Under the pieces are notes generated by a model. That model was given only the letters and a program-made list of their open reading frames with translations, had not been told where the DNA came from and searched no databases. A DNA stretch of 64,000 nucleotides from Vicinamibacteria bacterium. Its GTDB lineage: Bacteria; Acidobacteriota; Vicinamibacteria; Vicinamibacterales; JAENWD01. This document shows, piece after piece, positions 34,166-45,845 of the stretch. Position 1 is the first letter of the stretch. Each line of letters begins with the position of its first letter. Position numbers and translations under genes: made by a program. The DNA lies in the NCBI GenBank assembly GCA_963719755.1, contig CAVRDA010000006.1, forward strand, positions 17,309-81,308, read 5' to 3'.

Positions 34166-35659
34166 TTACCCTTCCGTCTGCGTGTCCAGCACCACCGAGT
34201 CGTCGGCGAACTGCTGCACGATCGAGAGCAGCCCCGTGTAGAGGAACCCGATCTGGAACAGCATCAGGAACGGCAGCGTGCCGTAGATCCGGTTCGACAG
34301 CGCGTAGAACACGGTGAAGGTGAAGTAGAGGCCGAGCGACAGCTCGATGATCGGCTGAACGATGTTGGCCTGGCGGTACTTCTTGCCGACCCACTCGTCC
34401 TGGCTGTCCTCGATGTGGTACTTCGGCGTGCGGACGAACTCGGTCTGCTTGCCCATCATCGCTTCGAACACCGCGCGGGTATTGTTGATGGCCAGGCCGA
34501 TGCCAATCGACATCAGGAACGGCAGGTAGCGCAGCCGCGCCACCCATTCCTTCGGGTACAGCTCGCGCTGGCAGACGATGTAGAAGTTCGCCACCGACGC
34601 GGTGGCCGCAAAGAACATGGGCACGTCGATGAGCAGCATCTCGTACCAGCCCATGTTGTAGCGGATGACCATCGCCGGGAACATCAGCACCGACAGCGCC
34701 ACCATCAGCACGTAGTTGAAGTTCGCGCTCAGGTGGAAGAACGCCTCGGCCTTCACGCCGAATGGCTGCTTGCTGGCGAGAATTCGCGGCAGCAGCTTGC
34801 GGCAGGTCTGGATGGAGCCCTTCGCCCAGCGATGCTGCTGCGACTTGAACGCGTTCATCTCCACCGGCAGCTCCGCCGGCACGACGACGTCGGGCACGAA
34901 GTGGAACTTCCAGCCCCGGAGCTGCGTGCGGTAGCTCAGGTCCAGGTCCTCGGTCAGCGTGTCGTGCTGCCAGCCGCCGCCGTCGATGATCGCCGCCCGC
35001 CGCCAGATGCCGGCCGTGCCGTTGAAGTTGAAAAAATGGCCGACGCGGTTGCGGCCGCCGTGCTCGAGCACGAAATGCGCGTCGAGCAGGATCGACTGGA
35101 TCTTCGTCAGCAGCGAGTACCCGGCATTGATGTGCCCCCACCGCGCCTGGACGACGGCCACCTTCGGGTCGGTGAAGTGGTGGATCGTCTTGTGGAGGAA
35201 ATCGACGGACGGCAGGAAGTCCGCGTCGAAGATCGCGATGTAGTCGCCCTTGGCGACCTGCATCCCGGCTTCGAGCGCGCCGGCCTTGAACCCGGTCCGG
35301 TCCGTGCGGTGCAGATAGGTGATGTCCAGCCCCTGGGCCGCCGCCCGCCGGACTGCGAGCTCGGCAATCGAGCGCGTCTCGTCGGTCGAGTCGTCCAGGA
35401 CCTGCACCTCGAAGCGGTCGCGGGGGTAGTCCATCTGCGCGACGGCCTCGATCAGCCGATCGACCACGTACATCTCGTTGTAGATCGGCAGCTGGACCGT
35501 CACGATCGGCAACTGGTCGAACTGCCCGGCCGGCACCGGAACCCGGTCCTTGTGCTTCATGTAGGCATAGACCAGGTAGTACCTGTGCCAGCCGTAGCCC
35601 GCAAGGATGATCAGGATGAAGAAATACGTAGCGAGGACGAGGGTCTCGAGCGGCGTCAT
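34166..35659 (-). CDS. GT2 processive glycosyltransferase (cellulose synthase-like)
   Basis: QLPIYNE, DDS, KAGAL, FDADF, TEDLD, QQHRW, C-terminal TMs. Confidence 0.92.
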   Translation of the reverse strand: MTPLETLVLATYFFILIILAGYGWHRYYLVYAYMKHKDRVPVPAGQFDQLPIVTVQLPIYNEMYVVDRLIEAVAQMDYPRDRFEVQVLDDSTDETRSIAELAVRRAAAQGLDITYLHRTDRTGFKAGALEAGMQVAKGDYIAIFDADFLPSVDFLHKTIHHFTDPKVAVVQARWGHINAGYSLLTKIQSILLDAHFVLEHGGRNRVGHFFNFNGTAGIWRRAAIIDGGGWQHDTLTEDLDLSYRTQLRGWKFHFVPDVVVPAELPVEMNAFKSQQHRWAKGSIQTCRKLLPRILASKQPFGVKAEAFFHLSANFNYVLMVALSVLMFPAMVIRYNMGWYEMLLIDVPMFFAATASVANFYIVCQRELYPKEWVARLRYLPFLMSIGIGLAINNTRAVFEAMMGKQTEFVRTPKYHIEDSQDEWVGKKYRQANIVQPIIELSLGLYFTFTVFYALSNRIYGTLPFLMLFQIGFLYTGLLSIVQQFADDSVVLDTQTEG

Positions 35660-35832
35660 CGGGAGTCAGCGGTCCCTTCGTAAAAGAGATAATCAGCGGA
35701 TTATACTTGAGTTGCCCTGATGGATTTTTGACCTTGTGACAAATTGACACTCAGCGCTCTGCCCAACTCTGGGGCATCTGACCTTCCGCGAAACCTGCAC
35801 GACAGCAGCCAAATTCGTAATAAGTTCGGTCC

Positions 35833-36592
35833 ATGGACCCGTCATCTCTCCGACGCCTGCTCGATCAGGTCGCCACGTGGAGCTCTCAGCCCTGCCGATG
35901 CCTCCGGCCAGTTGGCCGATGCGCTCGCAGACCCGGTCGAGGACCTCGGCTTCGCCCGCGTCGACCACCAGCGGGCCAGCCGTCAGGGCTTCCCCGAGGT
36001 CGTCCTCGGCCTGGGCAAGACGCCGGATCAGATTGCCGCCATCTCGGAGCGCATCGTCGCCCGCGGCCACACGCTGCTGGTCACGCGCGCGGACCAGGCT
36101 GCCTTCGCCGCCGTCCAGGCCGTCGTCTCCGAGGCCGAGTACCACCCGGTCGCGCGAGCGATCACCCGGCGGATGCACGAGGTGCCCCCCGGCCGGGGCA
36201 CGATTCTCGTCGCCGCGGCCGGCACCTCCGACCTGCCGGTCGCGGAGGAAGCCGCCGTCACGGCCGAGGTCATGGGCAACACCGTGGACCGGCTCTTCGA
36301 CGTCGGCGTCGCCGGACTCCATCGCCTGCTGCGCGAGCACACCCGGCTCGCCTCCGCCCGCGTCATCGTCGTCGTCGCCGGCATGGAAGGCGCCCTCCCC
36401 AGCGTCGTCGGCGGCCTGGTCTCGGTGCCGGTCATCGCCGTGCCCACCAGCATCGGCTACGGCGCCAGCTTTCACGGGCTGGCGGCGCTCCTCGGCATGC
36501 TGAACTCCTGCGCCAACGGCGTGTCGGTGGTGAACATCGACAACGGGTTCGGCGCGGGGTGCATTGCCAGCTCGATCAATCACCTGCCGTAG
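35833..36592 (+). CDS. larB: Nickel pincer cofactor biosynthesis protein LarB (frameshift near 35880)
   Basis: [59 protein letters not shown]. Confidence 0.9.
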
Positions 36593-36644
36593 TCAGCCTT
36601 CGGCCTTCGGTCGTGCCTTCAGCCCTGTCAGCCTTCGGCCTTCG
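36593..36644. repeat. Heptamer array (CRGCCTT) x~6
   Basis: Directly visible at convergent gene ends. Confidence 0.8.
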
Positions 36645-38327
36645 CGAACGTCTCGGCACCGGCGGGTCGAGGCCGCGGCCGTGGCTTCGCGCCGTCGGGA
36701 CGGCGCGACTGCGACGCCTGCAGTAATTCGCGTCTGCTTCGCGTCGTAGCCGTACACGTCGTCCCGGAAGTGCAGTCCGCCGCGGTCATCCACCCAGCTC
36801 GTGAAGTAGACGATGTGGATCGGGATGGCCGCGCGCAGCTTCACGTGATGTTCGCTGCCGGCGTGCATCGCCGTGTCGATGGCCTGCGCCGTCCACTGCT
36901 CCTGGTCCCGCAGCACGTACTTCGCGAGCTCCACTGGTTCTTCGACTCGCACGCACCCGTGGCTGAACGCGCGGCCGAGTCGGGCGAACAGCGCATCCGA
37001 CGGCGTGTCGTGGACGTACACGTTGTACGGGTTCGGGAACATGAACTTCACGAACCCGAGGGCGTTGGCGGCGCCGGGGCGCTGGCGGAACCGGAGCCCG
37101 TCGAGCGCGCCTTCGTCCTCCCAGTCCACCGTCGACGCGTCGACGACGTCGGCCTGGCTGCCGGAGACGCGGACCACCTCGATGTTCTGCCGTTCCAGGA
37201 AGCCGGGATCCTGCGCGATGGCGGGCAGCGTCTCGTCGGTCGCAATCGTTGGCGGGATGTTCCAGTAGGGACTCAGCACGACGTGCGTCATCCGCTCGCT
37301 GAAGACCGGCGTCTCGTTGCCCGGCTTGCCGACCACCGCACGGATGTCGAGCACGACGCGGTTCCGCTCGCGCGCCTCGAGGTGGAAGTACGGAATGTTG
37401 ACGCGGAAGTGGCGCGCGCCGAGGTCGTCGGGCAGATACCGCCAGCGTTCCAGGTTCACCGCCACCTGACGGATGCGCGCGTCGAGCGGGACGTTGAGCG
37501 CCGCGCGCGTCTTCTCGTCCATGCGGCCGGTCGACGGCAGGCCGTGGTGCTCCTGGAAGACGCGGACCGCCGCTCCCAGGGCCTGGTCGAAGCGCGTGCC
37601 CTCGACCGATGCCGAACCGAGGTCGCCGGAGGCTGCGAGCCGCTTTCTGAGCACGGCCACCGCCGGACTCGAGGCGCCGGGCCTCAGGCCCGAGGCCGGC
37701 ACACCCGGCCATCCGCCCTTCGCTTCGGCGCCGCGCAGCGCGGCGAGACCCCGGCGGAGCGCCGCGTACTCGTCGTGCGGCGGTTGGATGGCCTCGAGCC
37801 ACCTGCCCATGTCGTCTCGCGACGCGGCGAGGCTCGCCGGCGAGATCGGGCAGCGCGCGCTGCGCTTTCCAGCGGCGATCCACGGACTGCGGGGACGTCC
37901 GCCCGATGGCGACATCGCGCCCCAGCTTCATCAGGGCCGTGGTCATCCGCACGTCGAAGACCGCCTGGCTCTGATCGCGGTCATCTTTCTTCTGACGCGA
38001 CAACAACTCGCGATCCGACGCCAGTGCGTCGGCCTGATAGGCGTCGGGGCTCAGCCCGTGATCGGCCGCCGAGGCCAGCACGGCAAGGGCCGCGTCTACC
38101 TGCGTGTCCCGGCTCCAGGCGTAGCTCATGCCCGTGCGGGCATAGAAGTCGCGGACGGCCCGGCGCACACCGGCATCGCCAACCTGACGGTCGAGCGTGT
38201 CGGCGGACAGCAGGGCCTGGATCTCGGGAACGGGCTGCGGCCCGCGCCGGCATCCGACACTTCCGGCGAGTGTAAGTATTACCAGCCCTGTGACGATTGC
38301 GACGGCATTCACGCCCGTTTTCCGCAT
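36593..38327 (-). CDS. L,D-transpeptidase, YcbB/LdtD-type with peptidoglycan-binding domain (frameshift near 37825)
   Basis: NLERWR, VNIP, PYWNIP, NALG.VKFMFPN, VYVHDTP, SHGCVRV. Confidence 0.9.
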
Positions 38328-38352
38328 CCCGTTGCCTGCTGACACCGGTAAG

Positions 38353-38368
38353 TGCAAGGGGCGGGCCT
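38353..38368 (-). promoter_or_regulatory. Putative sigma54 promoter upstream of the L,D-transpeptidase
   Basis: Minus strand AGGCCC-GCCCC-TTGCA with GG-N10-GC spacing. Confidence 0.5.
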
Positions 38369-38376
38369 AACCTTTC

Positions 38377-38509
38377 GGGGTCCAGGGTTCAGGGTCCAGG
38401 GTCCACTCCGAGTTCTGGGGCTGGGGTTCGGCGGGACTTACTCGCGTGCAGTCCTGGCTTAGGACCTTGGACCTTGGACCCGGGACCGCGGGAAGGACCC
38501 CGACCCTGG
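38377..38509. repeat. Inverted pair of heptamer arrays (GGGTCCA ... GGACCYT)
   Basis: Directly visible in the divergent intergenic region. Confidence 0.8.
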
Positions 38510-38567
38510 CCAACCCGTGTTAGAATGAGCGGTTACCTTCCGGTCTCCTGACTCCCATCGCCCTGAC

Positions 38568-41020
38568 ATGACCGCAGGCGGCCTCCGGGCCCTCGAATTC
38601 GATCGTGTTGTCGCCGCCCTGCGCAGCTTCGCGCTGACGCCGACGGGAGCGGTGCGCCTTGACGCGCTGAAGCCGGCCACTGACGTCGGCGCCGTGCGCG
38701 AGGCTCTGGCGGCGACGTCGGAGACGGTGGCGTATCTCGCGTCCAACCCGGTCTTCCCGCTGCGCGCGCCCGAAGACCTGGAGACGCTGCTCGCGCTCCT
38801 CGATGTCGAGGGCCGCGCGCTCGAAGCGCTCCGGCTGCTCGCGCTGGCCGACTATCTCGAGTCGGTGGAAACCGCGGCGGGCGCGGTGCGGCGGGCTTCG
38901 GGCGAGTTGCCGCGGCTGAAGCGGCTGGTCGGCGAGACCGCTACCTTCAAGGACGAGGTCGCGCGCGTGCGCCAGGCGATCGAGCCCTCCGGCGATGTGG
39001 CCGATCACGCGAGCGCCGCGCTCGGCTCGATTCGCGATCGCCTCAGGCGGCAGCGCGCGAAGCTGCGCCAGACGCTCGACGGCTACCTGCGCAGCCGCGA
39101 CACGGCGAAATACCTGCAGGATCAGATCGTCACCGAGCGGAACGGCCGTTTCGTGCTGCTCGTGAAGGCCGAGCATCGGGCGTCGCTGCCGGGTCTCGTG
39201 CACGGCAGCTCCGCCAGCGGGCAGACGCTCTACCTCGAGCCGCTCACCACCGTCGAGATCAACAACGAGGTCGTCTCGCTCGAAGCGGAAGAGGCCGAAG
39301 AGGTGCTTCGGATCCTGCTCGAGCTCACCGACGGCTTCCGCTCGCGCCGCGACGAGGTGTCGCGCAACGAGCATGTCGCAACCGAGCTCGACGTGCTGCA
39401 GGCCAAGGCGCGGCTGGCGCAGGTGACCGGCGCCGCGGCGCCCTCGCTCGCCCGCGACGGCCGCCTCGAGCTGCTGGCGGCACGGCATCCGCTGCTGATG
39501 AAGGGCGTGGTGTCGCGCTATTCCGACGACCTCGAAGGGCTGCCGGACGCGCCGAAACCCGTCGACATCAAACTGGTGCCGCCCGAGACGACGCTGCTCA
39601 TCACCGGTCCCAATACCGGCGGCAAAACGGTCGCCCTCAAGACGGCCGGCCTGCTCGCGCTGATGGCGCAGGCGGGGCTTCACATTCCCGCCGAGCCGGG
39701 CTCGGCCGTCCCGGTCTTCCGATCGGTGTTTGCGGACATCGGCGACGAGCAGTCCATCGCCGCGAGCCTGAGCACCTTCGGCTGGCACATCACCAACATC
39801 GCGTCGATGGACCGCGACCTGCGGCTGCCGGCGCTGGTGCTGCTTGACGAGATCGGCGCCGGAACCGACCCGGTGGAAGGTGGCGCCCTCGGCGTTGCCG
39901 TCGTCGATCACTTCCGCACGCGCGGCGCACTGGTCGTCGGCACGACCCACTACGACGCGCTCAAGACCTACGCGCAGACCACGCCCGGCGTGCAGTGCGC
40001 GGCGTTTGCCTTCGACCCGGTAGGCTTCGCGCCGACCTACGAGCTCATTTACGGATCGCCGGGCCGCAGCCTCGCGCTCGAGATGGCCGGACGCCTGGGC
40101 CTGAATCGTCACGGTCATCGACAAGGCGCGCGCGTCGCTCGGCACACGCGAGGCGCAGCTGGCCACGCAGCTGGCGCGAGTCGATCAGGATCTCGCGCAG
40201 ATTGCCGAGGAGCGCAAGGCCGCCGCGCGAGAGCGCGACGCCCTGGGACGGGCGCGCGCCGCCGCCGAGCGGCGCGAAGAAGAGCTCCGCGCCCGCGAGG
40301 AAGAGTTCAAGCGCAAGGTCTCCGGGCGCATCGACGAGCGCGTCCGCGCCGCCACGCGCGAGATCGACGACGTCGTCGCAGCGCTGAAGCGGCAGACCTC
40401 CGCGCTGACGGCGCGCGACGCCGGTGTGCCGCGGCTGTCGACCGGCGATCACGGCGCGCTCAAGGCACATGCGAAGGCGGCAGTGGATGCCGCGGCGTCC
40501 CAGGCGCTGGGCGATCGGCCGTCGCCGCAGGAACCGGCGATGCCGGTGGAACGGCGCCCCGCCCGCGTCGGCGACCGCGTCGTCGTGCCGCCGTTCGGCC
40601 TGCAGGGCGTGGTCAAGAGCCTGGGCGACGGCCAGGCGGAGATCGACGTCCACGGCAAGCGGCTGCGCGCCGCGGCGAAGGACCTGACCGTGCTGGGCGC
40701 GCCCGAGGGCAAGCCGGCCCCGAGCCCTGTCCAGACCGTCCGGGTGAATGTGGATCTCGTGCCGCGGGAAGGCGTGCTGTCCGACCTCAACGTCATCGGC
40801 CTGACCGTGGACGAAGCGCTGACGCGTGCCGAGCGGTTCCTGGACGAGACGCTGGTCACCGACCAGCGCACCGTGCGCGTCATCCACGGTCACGGCACGG
40901 GCAAGCTGCAGAAGAGCGATCAGCGGGTTCCTGAAGACGCACCCGCTCGTCGCCGGGTTTCACACGGCGCCCGCGGAGCATGGTGGCGGCGGGGTCACAG
41001 TCGTTGAGTTGAAGGACTGA
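38568..41020 (+). CDS. mutS2: Endonuclease MutS2 (frameshifts near 40108 and 40912)
   Basis: ITGPNTGGKT, DIGDEQSI..SLSTF, LLDE.GAGTDP.EG, C-terminal Smr IHGHGTG.L and GGGGVTVVEL. Confidence 0.93.
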
Positions 41021-41025
41021 AGTGT

Positions 41026-41144
41026 TCACAACCGCGATGCCGCGAGGCCACGATGCCGCCAAGGTTTCACAGGGAAACCTCAGGACGATTCGTCGTGAAA
41101 TCGCATCTTCGCGACTTCGCGCCTTCGTGGCGTCGCGGTTGTGA
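41026..41144. mobile_element. 119-bp MITE-like element with about 22-bp imperfect terminal inverted repeats built of 8-nt sub-repeats
   Basis: TCACAACCGCGATGCCGCGAGG ... CCTTCGTGGCGTCGCGGTTGTGA. Mobility is inferred only. Confidence 0.55.
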
Positions 41145-41153
41145 GCGGGTGTC

Positions 41154-42926
41154 ATGACGCAGTTTCCTCGGAACTTTCTCGACGACCTTCGTCTCCACGC
41201 CGACATCGTGTCGGTCGTCGGCGACGTGGTGTCGCTGAAGAAAGCCGGGGCGACGTGGAAGGGGCTCTGCCCGTTCCACTCGGAGAAGACGCCGTCGTTC
41301 CACGTCAACCGCGAGAAGGCGTTCTTCCACTGCTTCGGGTGCAACACCGGCGGCGACGTCATCAAGTTCGTGGAGCTCCACGAGAAAGTGGCGTTCCCGG
41401 AAGCCGTCCGGATGCTGGCGGGGCGCTTCGGCGTCGCCATCCCCGAGGTGGCCGAGGATCGCGAGGCGGGCACCAGCGCGGCGGAGCGCGAAGCGCTGCT
41501 GAAAGTGCACGAGGAGGCCGCGGCCTGGTTTCAGCAGCAGCTGGCGGCGCCGGTCGGCGCCCGGATGCGGCAGATGCTCGAGGCGCGGGGCATCCGCCCG
41601 GAGACGACGACGCTGCTGGGGATTGGTTGTGCGCCGTCAACGCGCGACGGCCTGAAATCGTATTTGATGGATCGGAAGTTCGAGCTGCCGCTGCTCCTGC
41701 GGAGCGGGCTGGTGGTGCAGCGCGACAACGGGGACGTCCTCGACCGGTTTCGCGGGCGGCTGATGATTCCCATCTGCCGGGACAGCGGGTCGGTGATCGC
41801 GTTCGGAGGCCGCGCGACCGAGACCGATCAGCAGCCGAAGTACCTGAATTCGCCCGAAACTCCGATCTACTCGAAGAGCCGGACGCTCTACGGCCTCCAC
41901 CTGGCCAAGGCGGCAATCCGGAAGCTCGATCGGGTGATTCTGGTGGAGGGCTACTTCGACGTCGCCCAGCTCGTGCAGGCCGGGATCACCCCGGTAGTCG
42001 CGTCGTGCGGCACCGCGCTGACCCCCCAGCAGGCGCAGCTTTTGCGTCGGTTCACGTCGAAGATCGTGCTGAGCTTCGACCCGGATGCCGCCGGCCAGGG
42101 CGCCGCAGTCCGGTCGTGCGAGTTGCTGGCGTCGGAAGGCTTCGAGGTGAACGTCGCCGTGCTGCCGGCCGGGGCCGATCCCGACGCGCTGGTCCAGGCC
42201 CAGGGACGCGAAGGGTACCTGGCGCAGTTGAAGCAGTCGGTGCCGTACCTGGAGTTCCTGGTCAGGAAGGCGGCTGCGGGCCACGAGCTGACGACGGACG
42301 AGGGACGCCGGCGCTTCCTCCACGAGATGCTCGAGGTGGCGGCCAGAATCCCGGATGCGGCGGCCCGGGACCAGTTTGCTGACCGGATTGCGGCGCGGGC
42401 GCGTATTACCGAAGAGGTCGTGCGGGCCGAAATCCGTAAGGCCGCGGTGGCCCGGAAGACGACGGTGCCCGAGCGCGTGCTGGCGCCGGCTCAACCGCTG
42501 AAGGCGGCCGAGCGGGGGCTCTTATGGGCCTTGTTGCACGCTCCCGACGAGGCGAGGCTTGCGCTGGCAGCGCTGGATCCCGAGGATCTGGAGGCCATTC
42601 AGTCCGGCGGGGCGCTGGAACAGGCCCGGGACCTGGCCGGCACGCCGGCCGCCCAGTTCCAGGCGGCCTGGCTGGAGCGTCTAAACGATCGGGAGGCGCA
42701 GTGGGTCACCGGCATCGGGACCGCGGCGGAAGGGCCCGCGCACTCGGCCGAGGACTGCGCCCGGACGTTGAAGCGGCTGCGGTTCGACCGCGAGCGCGAG
42801 GCGCTGCAGCGGGAAATCGCCCGCCTGCAGGACGAGGCAGATGACGACGCGCAGGCCCGCATCGCGGAACTGAGCGTCAGGAAGATAGAACTGAAGCGAC
42901 GCATCGAAGCACTCTCGGCCGATTGA
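41154..42926 (+). CDS. dnaG: DNA primase
   Basis: CPFHSEKTPSF..CFGC zinc finger, KYLNSPET, EGYFD, FDPDAAG. Confidence 0.97.
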   Translation: MTQFPRNFLDDLRLHADIVSVVGDVVSLKKAGATWKGLCPFHSEKTPSFHVNREKAFFHCFGCNTGGDVIKFVELHEKVAFPEAVRMLAGRFGVAIPEVAEDREAGTSAAEREALLKVHEEAAAWFQQQLAAPVGARMRQMLEARGIRPETTTLLGIGCAPSTRDGLKSYLMDRKFELPLLLRSGLVVQRDNGDVLDRFRGRLMIPICRDSGSVIAFGGRATETDQQPKYLNSPETPIYSKSRTLYGLHLAKAAIRKLDRVILVEGYFDVAQLVQAGITPVVASCGTALTPQQAQLLRRFTSKIVLSFDPDAAGQGAAVRSCELLASEGFEVNVAVLPAGADPDALVQAQGREGYLAQLKQSVPYLEFLVRKAAAGHELTTDEGRRRFLHEMLEVAARIPDAAARDQFADRIAARARITEEVVRAEIRKAAVARKTTVPERVLAPAQPLKAAERGLLWALLHAPDEARLALAALDPEDLEAIQSGGALEQARDLAGTPAAQFQAAWLERLNDREAQWVTGIGTAAEGPAHSAEDCARTLKRLRFDREREALQREIARLQDEADDDAQARIAELSVRKIELKRRIEALSAD

Positions 42927-43005
42927 GCCGAACCCGGGGCATACGACCCCACCCGCTTCGCGTCGCATGGCAGCGGCACGGCTATACAGATAGGGACGGT
43001 GGAAT

Positions 43006-44738
<1,733 letters not shown>

Positions 44739-44739
<1 letters not shown>

Positions 44740-44778
44740 ATTGGCGATTGCGGATTGAGGATTGAGGATTGACGATTG
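44739..44778. repeat. Heptamer array (GATTGAG-like) x~5
   Basis: Directly after the rpoD stop. Confidence 0.85.
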
Positions 44779-44781
44779 TGG

Positions 44782-44821
44782 AAAGGCGGCGCGGACTTCG
44801 GTCCCGCCGCCTTTTTCTTTT
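44782..44821 (+). terminator. Rho-independent terminator of dnaG-rpoD
   Basis: AAAGGCGGCG(C)GGAC-TTCG-GTCCCGCCGCCTTTTTCTTTT. Confidence 0.9.
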
Positions 44822-44827
44822 CGACTT

Positions 44828-44888
44828 CGGCACGCGGCGCCAGGCACCCGGCAATCGTGACTCGGCACTCGTAATTCGTAATTTTCGT
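44828..44888. repeat. Drifting heptamer array (CGGCACG to CGTAATT)
   Basis: cggcacg cggcgcc aggcacc cggcaat cgtgact cggcact cgtaatt cgtaatt. Confidence 0.75.
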
Positions 44889-45014
44889 GTTACCCTCCTC
44901 CCGGACCCGCCTCTGAAGACCGCCGTCCGCGTCTAGTTCGCCCGTCCTTTCCCTTCACAACAGAAGTCAGGAATCGTGTGTCCGCATGGGCGGACGCGGG
45001 AACGGAGATCTACC

Positions 45015-45740
45015 GTGCACGTGCAATCGAACTGGTGGGAGAGCTTCTTCGATGGGTGGGTCGTCTCGATGTGGCTGCAGGCGATGCCGCCGGAGGTCAC
45101 GGAGGCCGAGGCGGACAATCTGGCGCGGCTGCTCGCCGTGCCCGCCGGCGGCGAGATCCTCGACGTGCCATGCGGCGGCGGGCGCTTGACGCTGCCGATG
45201 GCGGCGCGCGGGTATCGCATGACCGGCGTGGACCTGTCGTCCGGGTTTCTCGCGCACGCCGTGTCGCGCGACGCGGCGGCGGCCGTGTCGTGGGAGCAGC
45301 GCGACATGCGCGACCTGCCGTGGCCGGGCCGATTCGACGGCGCCTTCTGCGCCGGCAACAGCTTCGGTTACCTGGACGACGAGGGCAACGCGGCGTTTCT
45401 GAGGGCGGTGCGCGCGGCGCTGAAGCCGGGCGCGCGCTTCGTCCTCGAGACGCCGATGGTGATCGAGAACCTGCTCGGTCACCTGCAGCCGCGCCCGTGG
45501 TGGAAGACCGGCGACGTGCACCTGCTCGTCGAGAACCACTACGACCACACCACGAGCCGCCTCGAGATCGACTACCGCTGCGTCACCGGCGGCGTGGTCG
45601 AAACGCGGCGCGGCTCGCATCGCGCGTTCAGTTATCGCGAACTCGCCGCGCTTCTCGAGGAGGCAGGATTCTCCGTCGAGACCGCCGAGCCGTGGACGCG
45701 CGACGCGCACTCGGTGACGTTCATCGCGACGGGGGTATAG
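45015..45740 (+). CDS. Class I SAM-dependent methyltransferase
   Basis: ILDVPCGGGR, GVDLS, DMRDL, FDG..C.GNSFGY, LKPGARF. GGAG RBS. Confidence 0.9.
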   Translation: MHVQSNWWESFFDGWVVSMWLQAMPPEVTEAEADNLARLLAVPAGGEILDVPCGGGRLTLPMAARGYRMTGVDLSSGFLAHAVSRDAAAAVSWEQRDMRDLPWPGRFDGAFCAGNSFGYLDDEGNAAFLRAVRAALKPGARFVLETPMVIENLLGHLQPRPWWKTGDVHLLVENHYDHTTSRLEIDYRCVTGGVVETRRGSHRAFSYRELAALLEEAGFSVETAEPWTRDAHSVTFIATGV

Positions 45741-45842
45741 GGTCCGGGTCCGGGGTCCGGGGTCCGGGGTCCGGGCGTCAGGGTCCGGGTTGGAGCCAAG
45801 ACCCTGGACCCGGGTCCTGGGTCTGGGGTCCCGGGACCCGCG
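45740..45842. repeat. Heptamer array (GGGGTCC) with inverted copies
   Basis: Directly visible between convergent genes. Confidence 0.9.
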
Positions 45843-45845
45843 GCC

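Noticed and set aside
35725..35750. CRP/FNR-like site in the AT-rich GT2-larB intergenic region
   Set aside because: Only one half-site (TGTGA) matches and the dyad is poor.
44822..44975. tRNA downstream of rpoD
   Set aside because: No cloverleaf, T-loop or acceptor stem is recognisable.
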